Below are positions 54,426 to 64,000 of a stretch of DNA of 64,000 nt, in pieces; position 1 is the stretch's first letter, and every line of letters begins with the position of its first letter. The position numbers and the translations under genes are program-made. This stretch comes from Natronospirales bacterium (GTDB taxonomy: Bacteria > Pseudomonadota > Gammaproteobacteria > Natronospirales > REEB76): positions 17,622 through 81,621 of the forward strand of contig JAGXAL010000001.1 in NCBI GenBank assembly GCA_018971605.1. Direction: 5' to 3'. The notes below the pieces were generated by a model, which searched no databases, was not told where the DNA came from, and was given only the letters and a program-made list of their open reading frames with translations.

Positions 54426-56036
54426 ATGCTGAGCAAAACCGCTTACTTGAGTTTCTTGGGATTGCTGCTGAGTTTGGTAATCAGTTTGCCGGGCATATGC
54501 GCTGAACCTCCCACGAGCCCTCCGGCAGCGACAACGGAACTGAACCAGGCATCCATTGCCGAGCTGCATCAGCAACTGCTGAATGGCTCACTCAGCGTGC
54601 AGACCCTGACGCAGTACTTTCTCGATCGCATCGCCAAACTGGATCAGGCCGGGCCGCATGTAAATTCCGTGATCCAAATCAATCCGGATGCGCTCAAGAT
54701 TGCACGCCAATTGGACGCAGAGCCTAAAAATCTGGCACGCAGTCAGCCGCTCTACGGCATTCCTGTCCTGCTGAAGGACAACATTGACACCGGCGATCAG
54801 ATGCTGACCACCGCCGGCTCACTCGCGCTCATGGGCGCACCCGCGTCGCAGGATGCCACGCTGGTCGCCAAGCTGCGCAAAGCGGGTGCGGTCATTCTGG
54901 GCAAGACTAATCTCAGCGAATGGGCTAATTTCCGTTCCGAGCACTCCACCAGCGGCTGGAGCGGCGAAGGCGGCCTGACGCATAACCCGTATATTCTGGA
55001 TCGTAACGCTTGCGGATCGAGTTCTGGCTCGGCTGCCGCAGTAGCGGCAGGCTTCGCAACGGTCGCGATCGGCACGGAAACCGACGGCTCCATTGTCTGC
55101 CCCTCTTCGGTCAACGGCGTGGTCGGCATCAAGCCGAGCCTTGGTCTCGTGAGTCGCACCGGCATCATCCCCATCAGCCACAATCAGGACACTGCTGGTC
55201 CCATCGCGCGCAACGTGGCCGATGCCGCTACGGTGTTGAGTGTGATTTCCGGCAGTGATCCGCGCGATCCCTACACAACAGATGCCAGATATCACGCTAC
55301 CGATTACAGTCGCTTCCTCAACGCGAATGCACTCAAAGGCAAGCGCATTGGTGTGGTTCGTGAACTGGCGGGTTACGATCCCAACGTAGACCGTATCCTG
55401 GATCACACCATTGCGGTGCTGCGTGCGCACGGTGCGATCGTGATTGATCCTGTAAAAGTTCCGCATCTGAACGATTACGGCAAAGCGGAACAAACCGTGC
55501 TGCTGTACGATTTCAAGCACGATCTCAATGCCTATCTCGCGACGCGCAAAGGCATTGCGGTGCACAATCTGGCGAAGCTGATTGCCTTCGACAAAAGTCA
55601 TGCCGCACAGGAAATGCCCTGGTTCGGCCAGGATGAATTCATTGCGGCTGAAGCCAAGGGGCCGCTAATCGACAAGGCTTATCGCGATGCGCTAGCCAGG
55701 GCCAAACGTCTGTCCGGTCCAGAAGGCATTGACGTTGCCATGAAGAAATACCGGCTGGATGCCCTGCTCGCGCCCACCACCGGCCCCGCCTGGACCACCG
55801 ATCTCGTGAACGGCGACCACGTGACCGGCGGAAGTTCTTCGCCCGCCGCTGTGGCCGGCTATCCCGACATTACTGTGCCGGCCGGCTTTGTCCATTGCCT
55901 GCCGGTGGGCATGAGCTTCTTTGCCGGCAAGTGGAGCGAACCCAAATTGATTTCCATCGCTTACGCTTTCGAGCAGGCGACACATGTATATCGGTCACCG
56001 CAGTTTTTACCGACAGTCGAGGACTGCACTCAGTAA
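54426..56036 (+). CDS. secreted amidase (amidase-signature family)
   Basis: Signal peptide MLSKTAYLSFLGLLLSLVISLPGICA. AS signature CGSSSGSAAAVAAGFATVAIGTETDGSIVCPSS. Confidence 0.9.
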   Translation: MLSKTAYLSFLGLLLSLVISLPGICAEPPTSPPAATTELNQASIAELHQQLLNGSLSVQTLTQYFLDRIAKLDQAGPHVNSVIQINPDALKIARQLDAEPKNLARSQPLYGIPVLLKDNIDTGDQMLTTAGSLALMGAPASQDATLVAKLRKAGAVILGKTNLSEWANFRSEHSTSGWSGEGGLTHNPYILDRNACGSSSGSAAAVAAGFATVAIGTETDGSIVCPSSVNGVVGIKPSLGLVSRTGIIPISHNQDTAGPIARNVADAATVLSVISGSDPRDPYTTDARYHATDYSRFLNANALKGKRIGVVRELAGYDPNVDRILDHTIAVLRAHGAIVIDPVKVPHLNDYGKAEQTVLLYDFKHDLNAYLATRKGIAVHNLAKLIAFDKSHAAQEMPWFGQDEFIAAEAKGPLIDKAYRDALARAKRLSGPEGIDVAMKKYRLDALLAPTTGPAWTTDLVNGDHVTGGSSSPAAVAGYPDITVPAGFVHCLPVGMSFFAGKWSEPKLISIAYAFEQATHVYRSPQFLPTVEDCTQ

Positions 56037-56091
56037 ACTAGAACGAATGAGGGCTCGCTCGCCCAGCAAAAACTGTTACGCTTTACTAACG

Positions 56092-56367
56092 ATGAAGATA
56101 CTAAAAATAGTAATTGTGACAGCCCCAGTCACCATAATGGTATTGCTAGTGGTATGGACTGGGCTTGTGTACAGAATCTCGCACTACGGCAGTTGGCATA
56201 TTTATCCTGCATTAGCCGTTCTACCGTTCACAATTGTTTATCACGCGGTATTGATTGCGCTGAATAGCCCGAAACGCGCTTATATATTGTATGCAATTGT
56301 GCAACTAATCCTTCTTGTCCCTATTTGGTTTGCGTGCCTTATGCTGATATCCAAAGATTCTTTCTAA
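56092..56367 (+). CDS. hypothetical small membrane protein (91 aa, 3 TM), AT-rich
   Basis: MKILKIVIVTAPVTIMVLLVVW... No SD seen and no family recognised. Its composition differs sharply from the flanking genes. Confidence 0.45.
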   Translation: MKILKIVIVTAPVTIMVLLVVWTGLVYRISHYGSWHIYPALAVLPFTIVYHAVLIALNSPKRAYILYAIVQLILLVPIWFACLMLISKDSF

Positions 56368-56441
56368 TATGCGTAGCACGTTTAGTTTGAAATGAGCATT
56401 GGGAACAGCAAGAGGCCATAAATGCATCCGGGGTGGTAGCT

Positions 56442-56476
56442 AAAACAAAAGAGGGCCTTGCGGCCCTCTCTTTATT
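56442..56476. terminator. bidirectional intrinsic terminator (pnp 3' end)
   Basis: AGAGGGCC-ttgc-GGCCCTCT, flanked by an A-rich run upstream and a T-rich run downstream. Confidence 0.88.
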
Positions 56477-56494
56477 TCCGATCAAATTCCTTGA

Positions 56495-58582
56495 TCAGGC
56501 GGCATCCACGGCCTTTATGCTGAGGCGGATGCGGCCCTGCTTGTCCACTTCCAGCACCTTGACCTTGATGTGGTCACCCTCGGCAAGCTTGTCGCTGACC
56601 TTCTCGACGCGCTCTTCGGAAATCTGCGAGATGTGCACCAGGCCATCGCGTCCCGGCAGGATGGTGACGAAGGCACCGAAGTCCATGAGCTTGACGACTT
56701 TGCCCTCGTAGATGCGGCCGACTTCGACATCGGCGGTGATGTCCTCGATGCGCCGGCGTGCGGCTTCGCCCGCAGTCTTGTCCACCGAAGCGATCTTGAC
56801 GGTGCCATCGTCCTCGATGTCTATGGTGGTGCCGGTTTCCTCGGTGAGCGCACGGATCACCGCGCCGCCCTTGCCGATCACATCGCGAATCTTGTCCGGA
56901 TGGATCTTCATAGTGATGATACGCGGCGCGTACTCGGACAGTTCGGCGCGCGGCTGCGCAATCACGGCGTTCATTTTGCCAAGGATGTGCAGGCGCCCAT
57001 CATGCGCCTGGGCCAGGGCCTGCTGCATGATTTCCTTGGTGATGCCGTCAATCTTGATGTCCATCTGCAGCGCAGTTACGCCTTCGGCGCTGCCGGCCAC
57101 CTTGAAATCCATGTCGCCCAGGTGATCCTCGTCGCCCAAGATATCGGTGAGCACCGCGAATTTGTCGCCTTCCTTGATGAGGCCCATGGCCACACCGGCC
57201 ACCGGAGCCTTCAGAGGCACCCCCGCATCCATGAGTGACAGGCTGGTGCCGCACACTGAAGCCATAGAACTGGAACCATTGGATTCGGTGATTTCCGAAA
57301 CCACGCGGATCACGTAAGGATAAGTCGCCATATCCGGCATGACGGCCTGAATGCCGCGCTTGGCCAGACGTCCGTGGCCGATCTCGCGGCGCTTGGGCGA
57401 ACCCATCATGCCTACCTCGCCCACCGAATACGGCGGGAAGTTGTAGTGCAGCATGAAGGGTTGCTTGTACTCGCCCTCGATGGCATCAATGATTTGCGCA
57501 TCGCGGCCGGTGCCGAGCGTGGTCACCACCAGCGCCTGGGTCTCGCCGCGCGTGAACAGCGCCGAACCGTGGGTGCGCGGCAATACGCCAACCTTGATGG
57601 TGATGGGGCGTACGGTCTTGGTATCGCGGCCATCAATGCGCGGTTTGCCTTCGAGAATATGGCCGCGCACGATTTTCTTTTCCAGGTCCATGAAGGCGTT
57701 GGCCACCAGATTCTGCGGCCACTGCGGCGTTTCGCCGGCCGCGAATTTCGCCAGTGCCGCTTCGCGGACTTCCTCAATGCGCGCGAAGCGCGCCTGCTTT
57801 TCTGAAATCTGATAGGCCTCGCGCAGGGGCTTTTCAGCTTCCCTGGACAGCGCCTCGGCCAGACCCTTGTCTTTTTCAGCAGGTTTCCAGTTCCAGGCGG
57901 GTTTACCGGCTTCTTTGGCCAGCTCCTTGACGATCTTGATGGCCGCCTGCAGTTGTTCGTGGCCGAACATCACCGCGCCCAGCATGACGTCTTCGGGCAG
58001 ACAATCGGCTTCAGATTCCACCATGAGCACGGCCTTATCAGTGCCGGCCACCACTAAATCCAGGTCCGAAGTGAGCAACTGGGTTTTGGTGGGATTCAGC
58101 AGGTATTTGCCGTTCTCGTAGCCCACGCGCGCCGCGCCGATGGGGCCTTGGAACGGAATACCGGAAATCGCCAGCGCGGCGGATGCGCCCAATAAAGCCG
58201 GCACGTCCGGGTCCACATCCGGGTTCACGGAAATCACCGTGGCGACGACTTGTACTTCGTTGTAAAAATTCTTGGGAAACAGGGGACGGAGCGGGCGATC
58301 AATCAGGCGGGAGGTGAGGGTTTCTTTTTCACTGGGTCGGCCTTCGCGCTTGAAGAAACCGCCGGGAATTTTACCCGCCGCGTAGGTTTTCTCTTGATAG
58401 TTGACCGTGAGCGGGAAGAAATCCCGTCCTTCGATCGCGTTTTTGGAACCCACCGCGGTAACCAGCACCACGGTATCCGCCATGTTGACCAGCACTGCAC
58501 CGTCCGCCTGGCGGGCAATTTCGCCCGTCTCCAGCGTCACGGTGTGTGCGCCGTACTGAAAACTCTTCTTGATGACTGTCAC
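56495..58582 (-). CDS. pnp: polyribonucleotide nucleotidyltransferase (PNPase)
   Basis: 695 aa. Two RNase PH domains plus KH and S1. GTG start behind GAAGGG. Confidence 0.97.
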   Translation of the reverse strand: MTVIKKSFQYGAHTVTLETGEIARQADGAVLVNMADTVVLVTAVGSKNAIEGRDFFPLTVNYQEKTYAAGKIPGGFFKREGRPSEKETLTSRLIDRPLRPLFPKNFYNEVQVVATVISVNPDVDPDVPALLGASAALAISGIPFQGPIGAARVGYENGKYLLNPTKTQLLTSDLDLVVAGTDKAVLMVESEADCLPEDVMLGAVMFGHEQLQAAIKIVKELAKEAGKPAWNWKPAEKDKGLAEALSREAEKPLREAYQISEKQARFARIEEVREAALAKFAAGETPQWPQNLVANAFMDLEKKIVRGHILEGKPRIDGRDTKTVRPITIKVGVLPRTHGSALFTRGETQALVVTTLGTGRDAQIIDAIEGEYKQPFMLHYNFPPYSVGEVGMMGSPKRREIGHGRLAKRGIQAVMPDMATYPYVIRVVSEITESNGSSSMASVCGTSLSLMDAGVPLKAPVAGVAMGLIKEGDKFAVLTDILGDEDHLGDMDFKVAGSAEGVTALQMDIKIDGITKEIMQQALAQAHDGRLHILGKMNAVIAQPRAELSEYAPRIITMKIHPDKIRDVIGKGGAVIRALTEETGTTIDIEDDGTVKIASVDKTAGEAARRRIEDITADVEVGRIYEGKVVKLMDFGAFVTILPGRDGLVHISQISEERVEKVSDKLAEGDHIKVKVLEVDKQGRIRLSIKAVDAA

Positions 58583-58603
58583 GTTGAACCCTTCGTAAGC
58601 TGG

Positions 58604-58621
58604 GTTGTTGCTTGCAACAAC
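58604..58621 (-). promoter_or_regulatory. palindromic hairpin in the rpsO-pnp intergenic region
   Basis: GTTGTTG-caag-CAACAAC (mRNA sense), between the rpsO stop and the pnp SD. Confidence 0.5.
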
Positions 58622-58643
58622 GGGAATCGGGGAAAACTGAAAC

Positions 58644-58913
58644 TCAGCGGCGCAGGCCGAGACGCTCGATCAGCGTTTCGTAACGCGCCTGATCGGTGTT
58701 CTTGAGGTAATCCAGCAGCTTGCGGCGCTGGTTCACCATCTTGAGCAATCCGCGGCGGGAATGATGATCCTGTTTGTGTTGATCGAAATGCGGACCCAGG
58801 CCGTCAATGCGAGCGGAGAGCAGCGCCACTTGCACTTCCGGTGAGCCGGTATCCTGGGAATCGCGTCGATAGGCGGCGATGATTTCCTGTTTCTTCTCGG
58901 CGGTAAACGGCAT
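58644..58913 (-). CDS. rpsO: 30S ribosomal protein S15
   Basis: 89 aa from ATG 58913. ...[32 protein letters not shown]. Confidence 0.96.
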   Translation of the reverse strand: MPFTAEKKQEIIAAYRRDSQDTGSPEVQVALLSARIDGLGPHFDQHKQDHHSRRGLLKMVNQRRKLLDYLKNTDQARYETLIERLGLRR

Positions 58914-58955
58914 AAACACACAACTCCAGTAATTTTCACGTTTAATTCAGGCGCG

Positions 58956-58984
58956 TATTGTAGCCGTGCGCCCGGGTCCGAACA
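58956..58984 (-). promoter_or_regulatory. candidate rpsO promoter
   Basis: Minus-strand reading: TTGTTC, 17-nt spacer, TACAAT. The -10 hexamer ends about 42 nt upstream of the rpsO ATG. Confidence 0.4.
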
Positions 58985-59021
58985 AGCAAAAACCCAATGA
59001 AATCAGCAACAAAACCTGCTC

Positions 59022-59978
59022 TTAGCCAATATTCAACAAACGCCGCGGCGTGATCCGGCCGTCGGCGAGCACTTCGCCGAGGCCCAGAAACCGCTCTGGT
59101 GAATACACCCGCACCCACCCTCGGGTCGGAGCTCCCGGCACCGTCACCGCCTGCCCGCGCATGAAATACCAGGCGGCATCCGCACCCAGGCGCGCCTCGG
59201 GCCACTGCGCCACGGCGGAATCCGGCGGCAACAGCAAGGCGTCGAGTGCTGCCGTGTCCGCCGCGAGTTCCTGCAAATCGGCAAGCGCGCGCATCGGCAG
59301 CGTCGCACCGTACGGGCCCAGCGACGTGCGCCGTAACCCGCTCACATGGCCGCAGCTGCCCAAAGCCTGGGCAATATCTTCCACCAGCGTGCGGATGTAG
59401 GTGCCTTTGGAGCAGCGCACCGACAGCGTGATGGACTCCGCGTCGAAGGCTTGCAAGTGAAGCGCATGGATGACCACCCGGCGCGGCTCGCGCGCGACTT
59501 CCACACCCTCGCGCGCCAGATCGTAGAGCCGGCGACCCTGGTGCTTCAGCGCCGAATACATCGGCGGAACCTGTGCAATTTCACCACGGAACTTGGCGAG
59601 CGCCGCTTCGATGCGCGTCTGCGTCAGCGCGAGGCTCGGCCGTTGTTCAACCACCTCGCCCTCGGCGTCGCCGGTGGTCGTGCGCACACCCAAACGGCAG
59701 GTAACGAGATATTCTTTGTCCGCATCCAGCAGGTAGGCGGAAAGCTTGGTGGCCTCGCCAAAGCAGATGGGGAGCAGCCCGCTGGCCAGGGGATCCAGGC
59801 TGCCCGTGTGCCCGGCCTTGCGTGCATTGAACAAGCGCTTCACAGCCTGCAGCGCCTGATTGGAGGTCATACGTTCCGGCTTGTCGAGCAGCAAGATGCC
59901 GTGCACATCGCGGCGCGGACTCTTGCGCAAACCCGGTACGCTTTCGGCGCTTGCGGGCAAAGCCGCCACGGGCATCAC
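59022..59978 (-). CDS. truB: tRNA pseudouridine(55) synthase
   Basis: [36 protein letters not shown]. Confidence 0.95.
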   Translation of the reverse strand: MMPVAALPASAESVPGLRKSPRRDVHGILLLDKPERMTSNQALQAVKRLFNARKAGHTGSLDPLASGLLPICFGEATKLSAYLLDADKEYLVTCRLGVRTTTGDAEGEVVEQRPSLALTQTRIEAALAKFRGEIAQVPPMYSALKHQGRRLYDLAREGVEVAREPRRVVIHALHLQAFDAESITLSVRCSKGTYIRTLVEDIAQALGSCGHVSGLRRTSLGPYGATLPMRALADLQELAADTAALDALLLPPDSAVAQWPEARLGADAAWYFMRGQAVTVPGAPTRGWVRVYSPERFLGLGEVLADGRITPRRLLNIG

Positions 59979-60349
59979 GATGGCTTGTCGTCGCCCTGCG
60001 CCGGGGCATTGGCGCGCGCAATCAGCGCCTCGAGGCGCGCGGCCCGATCCAGGGTTTCATCGTAGCTGAAGCGCAGTTCCGGAATGCTGCGCAACTTCAA
60101 ACGCCGGCCGAGTTCATGCCGCAGAAAACCGGCGGCGTGATTCAGAGCCTGCACCACCTCGGGTTGCGGCGCTTCCGCACCCAGCACCGAAATCAGCGCC
60201 CTGGCATGCGACAAATCAGGCGCCACATCCACAGCCGTGACCGTGACCCGCTGCACACGCGGATCCTTGACTTCACGCAGGATCAGCTCCGCCAGCTCGC
60301 GCTGCAACAGCTCGCCGATGCGGAGTTTGCGTGGATATTCACGCGGCAT
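59975..60349 (-). CDS. rbfA: ribosome-binding factor A
   Basis: Start at [23 protein letters not shown]. Conserved position between infB and truB. Confidence 0.93.
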   Translation of the reverse strand: MPREYPRKLRIGELLQRELAELILREVKDPRVQRVTVTAVDVAPDLSHARALISVLGAEAPQPEVVQALNHAAGFLRHELGRRLKLRSIPELRFSYDETLDRAARLEALIARANAPAQGDDKPS

Positions 60350-60369
60350 GATCTGTGGCCCGATAAGTC

Positions 60370-62868
60370 TCAAAGAGTGCGTGCGACTTCGATGCGCTCG
60401 AAGCACTCGATCTGATCGCCCGGCTGTACGTCGTTGTAATCTTTGACGCCGATGCCACACTCGGTGCCGGCGCGCACTTCGCCGACGTCGTCCTTGAAGC
60501 GCCGCAGCGACTCGAGCTGACCCTGGTAGATCACCACGTTGTCGCGCAGCACCCGGATCGGATTGTTGCGCTTGACGTAGCCGTCCACCACCAGGCAGCC
60601 GGCGATGGCACCGAGTTTCGAGGAGCGGAACACTTCGCGCACTTCCGCCAGGCCCACGATCTGCTCGCGCAGCTCGGGCTTGAGCATGCCGCTGATGGCC
60701 TGCTTCACGTCGTCGATGGCCTGATAGATGATGCTGTAATAACGCACATCCAGGCCGGACTCGCCGATCAGGCGCCGCGCACCGGCATCGGCACGCACGT
60801 TGAAACCGATGATGACGGCCTTGGAGGCCAGCGCCAGGTTCACGTCGGACTCAGTGATGCCGCCGACGCTGCTGGCGATCACCTTGACCTTGATCTCATC
60901 GGTAGAGAGCGCACTCAGCGCATCGCGCAGCGCTTCTGCGCTGCCCTGCACGTCGGACTTGATCAGCAAGTTCAGGCCTTTTTGCTCGCCTCCCTGCAAC
61001 TGCTGGAACACGTCGTCGAGCTTCGCAGTCTGACGCGCGAGTTTCACATCGCGGAACTTGCCCTGACGATAGAGCGCGACTTCGCGCGCCTTGCGTTCGT
61101 CCGGCACCACCACCGCGTCGTCGCCGGCGTTGGGCGTGCCCGACAGGCCGAGCACCAGCGCCGGCGTGGCCGGCCCCGCCTCCTGCAACTGTTTGCCGTC
61201 CTCATCGAACATGGCGCGCACCCGGCCGAATTCCTGACCGGTGAGCAGAATGTCGCCGGGTTTCAACAGACCGTGCTGTACCAGCACCGTGGCTACCGGA
61301 CCCCGGCCTTTCTCCAGGCTCGACTCCAGCACGAAACCGGAAGCCGGACCGCTGGGCACGGCCTTGAGTTCCAGCACTTCGGCCTGCACCAGAATGGAAT
61401 CCAGGAGCTTATCGATGCCTTCGCCGGTTTTTGACGACACGCCCACGAAAATGTTTTCGCCGCCCCACTCCTCGGGGATGATCTCGTGCTTGGCGAGATC
61501 GCTGCGCACGCGTTCGAGATCCGCTTCCGGTTTGTCGATCTTGGTGACGGCTACCACGATTGGTGTCTTGGCGGCACGCGCGTGCTGGATGGCCTCGACC
61601 GTCTGCGGCATCACGCCGTCATCTGCGGCCACCACCAGCACCACGATGTCGGCCACGTTGGCGCCACGCGCGCGCATGGCGGTGAACGCCGCATGACCCG
61701 GCGTATCCAGAAAAGTGATCACGCCTTTCTTGGTCTCCACGCGATAGGCGCCGATGTGCTGAGTGATGCCACCGGCCTCGCGCGCGGCCACGCGGGTGCT
61801 GCGGATGTAATCCAGCAGCGAGGTCTTGCCGTGGTCCACGTGGCCGACAATGGTGACCACCGGCGGGCGGGTAAGCGCGTCGCCTTCGTGCACCGCCTGC
61901 ACCACCTGCTCTTCCAGATCGCTTTCCTTGAGCAGCTTGGCCTTGTGGCCCATTTCGTCCACCACGATGGCTGCGGTTTCCTGGTCAATCACCTGGTTGA
62001 TAGTCGCCATGGCGCCCATCTTCATCATCACCTTGATGACTTCGGTGGCCTTGACGGCCATGCGTTGTGCCAGTTCGCCCACGGTGATGGTCTCGGGAAT
62101 CGGCACTTCGCGCACCTGCGGCGCCACCGGCTTTTCGAAGGCATGCTTGGTCTCGACCTGCACGTTGACCGCCGCCCGGGCTTTGGCAGGCTTTTTCTTG
62201 CGGCGCGTGGAGAGTTCGTGGCCGACGTGCAATTCGGCACGCCCGTATTTGGTGGGCTTGTCATCGGCGGCGCCGGGCTTGCCGTGCGGCACGGCCGCGC
62301 GCATACGCCGGTCTTCCTCCTCAGCTTCGCGCCGCGCATCGGCTTCCGCCTTGCGGCGTTCGGCTTCGGCACGTGCGGCGGCATCTTGTTCCTGCTTGCG
62401 CTGGGTTTCCTGGACCTCTTGCTTGTGGCGCTCCTCCGCTTCGGCCGCGAGCTTCTGCGCCCGATCCGCTGACAGCCGCACTTCCTCCGCGCGCCGGCGC
62501 TCCAACTCGGCCTGCTGCACCGCCTCTTCCTCGGCACGGCGCTTGGCCTCTTCTTCGAGGACCGCGCTGCGCTTCACGTAGGTGCGCTTCTTGCGCACTT
62601 CCACGCTCACGGTCTTGGCGCGGCCCTGCGCCCCGCTCAGCTTGATCTCGGAAACGCTGCGCCGCTTGAGGGTGATCTTGCGCGGTTCGCCGCCGGCGCC
62701 TTCGCCATGGTGCTGGCGCAGATGCGTCAGCAACTGCAGTTTCTGGTCATCGCTGATGGCGATATCGGGATCGACGATCGGGATGCCGGCCTCGGCAAGC
62801 TGCGTCAGCAGGCGGTCAACCGGCGTGCCCACCACCTCCGCAAATTGTCTGACTGTGACTTCCGCCAT
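60370..62868 (-). CDS. infB: translation initiation factor IF-2
   Basis: 832 aa. Charged N-terminal region and G domain [21 protein letters not shown]. Confidence 0.97.
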   Translation of the reverse strand: MAEVTVRQFAEVVGTPVDRLLTQLAEAGIPIVDPDIAISDDQKLQLLTHLRQHHGEGAGGEPRKITLKRRSVSEIKLSGAQGRAKTVSVEVRKKRTYVKRSAVLEEEAKRRAEEEAVQQAELERRRAEEVRLSADRAQKLAAEAEERHKQEVQETQRKQEQDAAARAEAERRKAEADARREAEEEDRRMRAAVPHGKPGAADDKPTKYGRAELHVGHELSTRRKKKPAKARAAVNVQVETKHAFEKPVAPQVREVPIPETITVGELAQRMAVKATEVIKVMMKMGAMATINQVIDQETAAIVVDEMGHKAKLLKESDLEEQVVQAVHEGDALTRPPVVTIVGHVDHGKTSLLDYIRSTRVAAREAGGITQHIGAYRVETKKGVITFLDTPGHAAFTAMRARGANVADIVVLVVAADDGVMPQTVEAIQHARAAKTPIVVAVTKIDKPEADLERVRSDLAKHEIIPEEWGGENIFVGVSSKTGEGIDKLLDSILVQAEVLELKAVPSGPASGFVLESSLEKGRGPVATVLVQHGLLKPGDILLTGQEFGRVRAMFDEDGKQLQEAGPATPALVLGLSGTPNAGDDAVVVPDERKAREVALYRQGKFRDVKLARQTAKLDDVFQQLQGGEQKGLNLLIKSDVQGSAEALRDALSALSTDEIKVKVIASSVGGITESDVNLALASKAVIIGFNVRADAGARRLIGESGLDVRYYSIIYQAIDDVKQAISGMLKPELREQIVGLAEVREVFRSSKLGAIAGCLVVDGYVKRNNPIRVLRDNVVIYQGQLESLRRFKDDVGEVRAGTECGIGVKDYNDVQPGDQIECFERIEVARTL

Positions 62869-62885
62869 GGCGAGCTCCTCGCTGC

Positions 62886-64000
62886 TTACTTCGGTTGCGC
62901 CTCTTCGGCGGCAAACCAGGGCGCACGTGCCGCCAAAATGAGTTCCGCGGCCTTGGCCTCGTCGAGACCTTCGACGTCCTTGATGTCATCCACGGCCTGC
63001 TCGGCCAGGTCCTCCTGGGTCACGATGCCGCGGCCCGCGAGCCGGAATGCCACGGCGCGATCCATGCCGGTGAGATTCAGCAAATCCTCCGCCGGTTCGG
63101 CCTCGCCCAGCTGCTCTTCGCTGGCGATGGCCTGCGTGAGCAGCACGTCGCGTGCGCGCCCGCGGAGTTCTTCCACCATGGCCTCGTCGAACTCCTCCAC
63201 CGACAGGAGTTCGGAAGCCGGCACATAGGCGATTTCCTCAATGCTGGAGAAACCCTCCTGCACCAGGATCGCGGCCACATCCTCGTCCACGTCCAGCTGC
63301 TCCATGAACAGCTTCTGCAAGGTCTGCACTTCGGCCTCGCTTTTCTGCGTGGCCTGCTCCTGAGTCATGACATTCAGTTCCCAGCCGCTCAGCTGGGTCG
63401 CAAGACGCACGTTCTGGCCGCCGCGGCCGATGGCCTTGGCGAGATTGTCCTCCTTCACCGCGATGTCCATGCTGTGGGATTCTTCGTCCATGACGATGGA
63501 CTGCACTTCGGCCGGCGACATGGCATTGATGACGAACTGCGCGGGATTGTCGTCCCAGGGCACGATGTCCACGCGCTCGCCCGACAATTCATTGGAGACC
63601 GCCTGCACGCGCGAGCCGCGCATGCCGACGCAGGCGCCTACGGGATCGATGCGCGAATCGTTGCTCTTGACCGCCACCTTGGCACGTGCACCGGGATCGC
63701 GCGCCGCACCCTTGATTTCAATCAGCCCCTGGCCGACTTCCGGCACTTCCAGCTTGAACAGTTCAATCAGGAACTGCGGCGAGGTACGGGTCACGAACAA
63801 CTGCGGCCCGCGCAGCTCGGCGCGCACTTCGCGCAGGTAGCCGCGGATGCGGTCGTTGGTGCGCACCGCCTCGCGCGGGATCATTTCCTCGCGCGCGATG
63901 AAGGCTTCGGCGTTGTTGCCGAGATCAATGTAAACGTTGCCGCGCTCCACGCGCTTGACCACGCCGGTGACCAATTCACCTACGCGGTCCTTGTAGGCCT
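62886..64000 (-). CDS. nusA: transcription termination/antitermination factor NusA (5' end outside window)
   Basis: S1 and KH domains ([25 protein letters not shown]) and acidic C-terminal repeats. The ORF runs off the right edge. Confidence 0.95.
   Translation of the reverse strand, partial: AYKDRVGELVTGVVKRVERGNVYIDLGNNAEAFIAREEMIPREAVRTNDRIRGYLREVRAELRGPQLFVTRTSPQFLIELFKLEVPEVGQGLIEIKGAARDPGARAKVAVKSNDSRIDPVGACVGMRGSRVQAVSNELSGERVDIVPWDDNPAQFVINAMSPAEVQSIVMDEESHSMDIAVKEDNLAKAIGRGGQNVRLATQLSGWELNVMTQEQATQKSEAEVQTLQKLFMEQLDVDEDVAAILVQEGFSSIEEIAYVPASELLSVEEFDEAMVEELRGRARDVLLTQAIASEEQLGEAEPAEDLLNLTGMDRAVAFRLAGRGIVTQEDLAEQAVDDIKDVEGLDEAKAAELILAARAPWFAAEEAQPK

Overview
This 64 kb window is high-GC chromosome made almost entirely of conserved housekeeping genes. 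Gene content and synteny point to a non-enteric gammaproteobacterium: smc-zipA-ligA, lapA-lapB, SMC/ScpAB rather than MukBEF, and a Pseudomonas/Xanthomonas-like gyrA-serC...aroA-cmk-rpsA-ihfB block. I support about 60 protein genes. They include thrS-infC-rpmI-rplT-pheST-ihfA, uvrB, galU, lapAB, rpsA, aroA, gyrA, a mtaD-ubiG operon, scpAB-trpS, the yciO/yciB/yciI/bolA cluster, ligA-zipA-smc, queF, cysZ, dksA-gluQ, and nusA(partial)-infB-rbfA-truB-rpsO-pnp. There are three complete tRNAs (Pro-GGG, Val-GAC, Asn-GUU), a probable tRNA fragment at the left edge, several intrinsic terminators and a few promoter-like sites. I saw no transposase, integrase, phage gene, CRISPR array, toxin-antitoxin pair or recognisable defence system, and I cannot honestly point to a convincing new multi-gene system. 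The leads worth a second look are regulatory or architectural. (1) The thrS leader has a tRNA-Thr anticodon-arm mimic. (2) infC and rluB both appear to need non-canonical AUC starts behind good Shine-Dalgarno (SD) sequences. (3) A canonical terminator abuts the pheS start with no leader peptide. (4) dksA and gluQ lie in the same frame, separated by one TGA and a repeat-rich alternative-hairpin element. (5) A phytoene/squalene-synthase-like protein has lost both Asp-rich motifs and is wedged into the ubiG operon. (6) Two small compositionally atypical patches exist: a lipoprotein / DUF996-like membrane protein / cupin trio with an (AC)7 tract, and an AT-rich orphan membrane-protein islet next to pnp. 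The many long ORFs antisense to these genes are treated as high-GC shadow ORFs.
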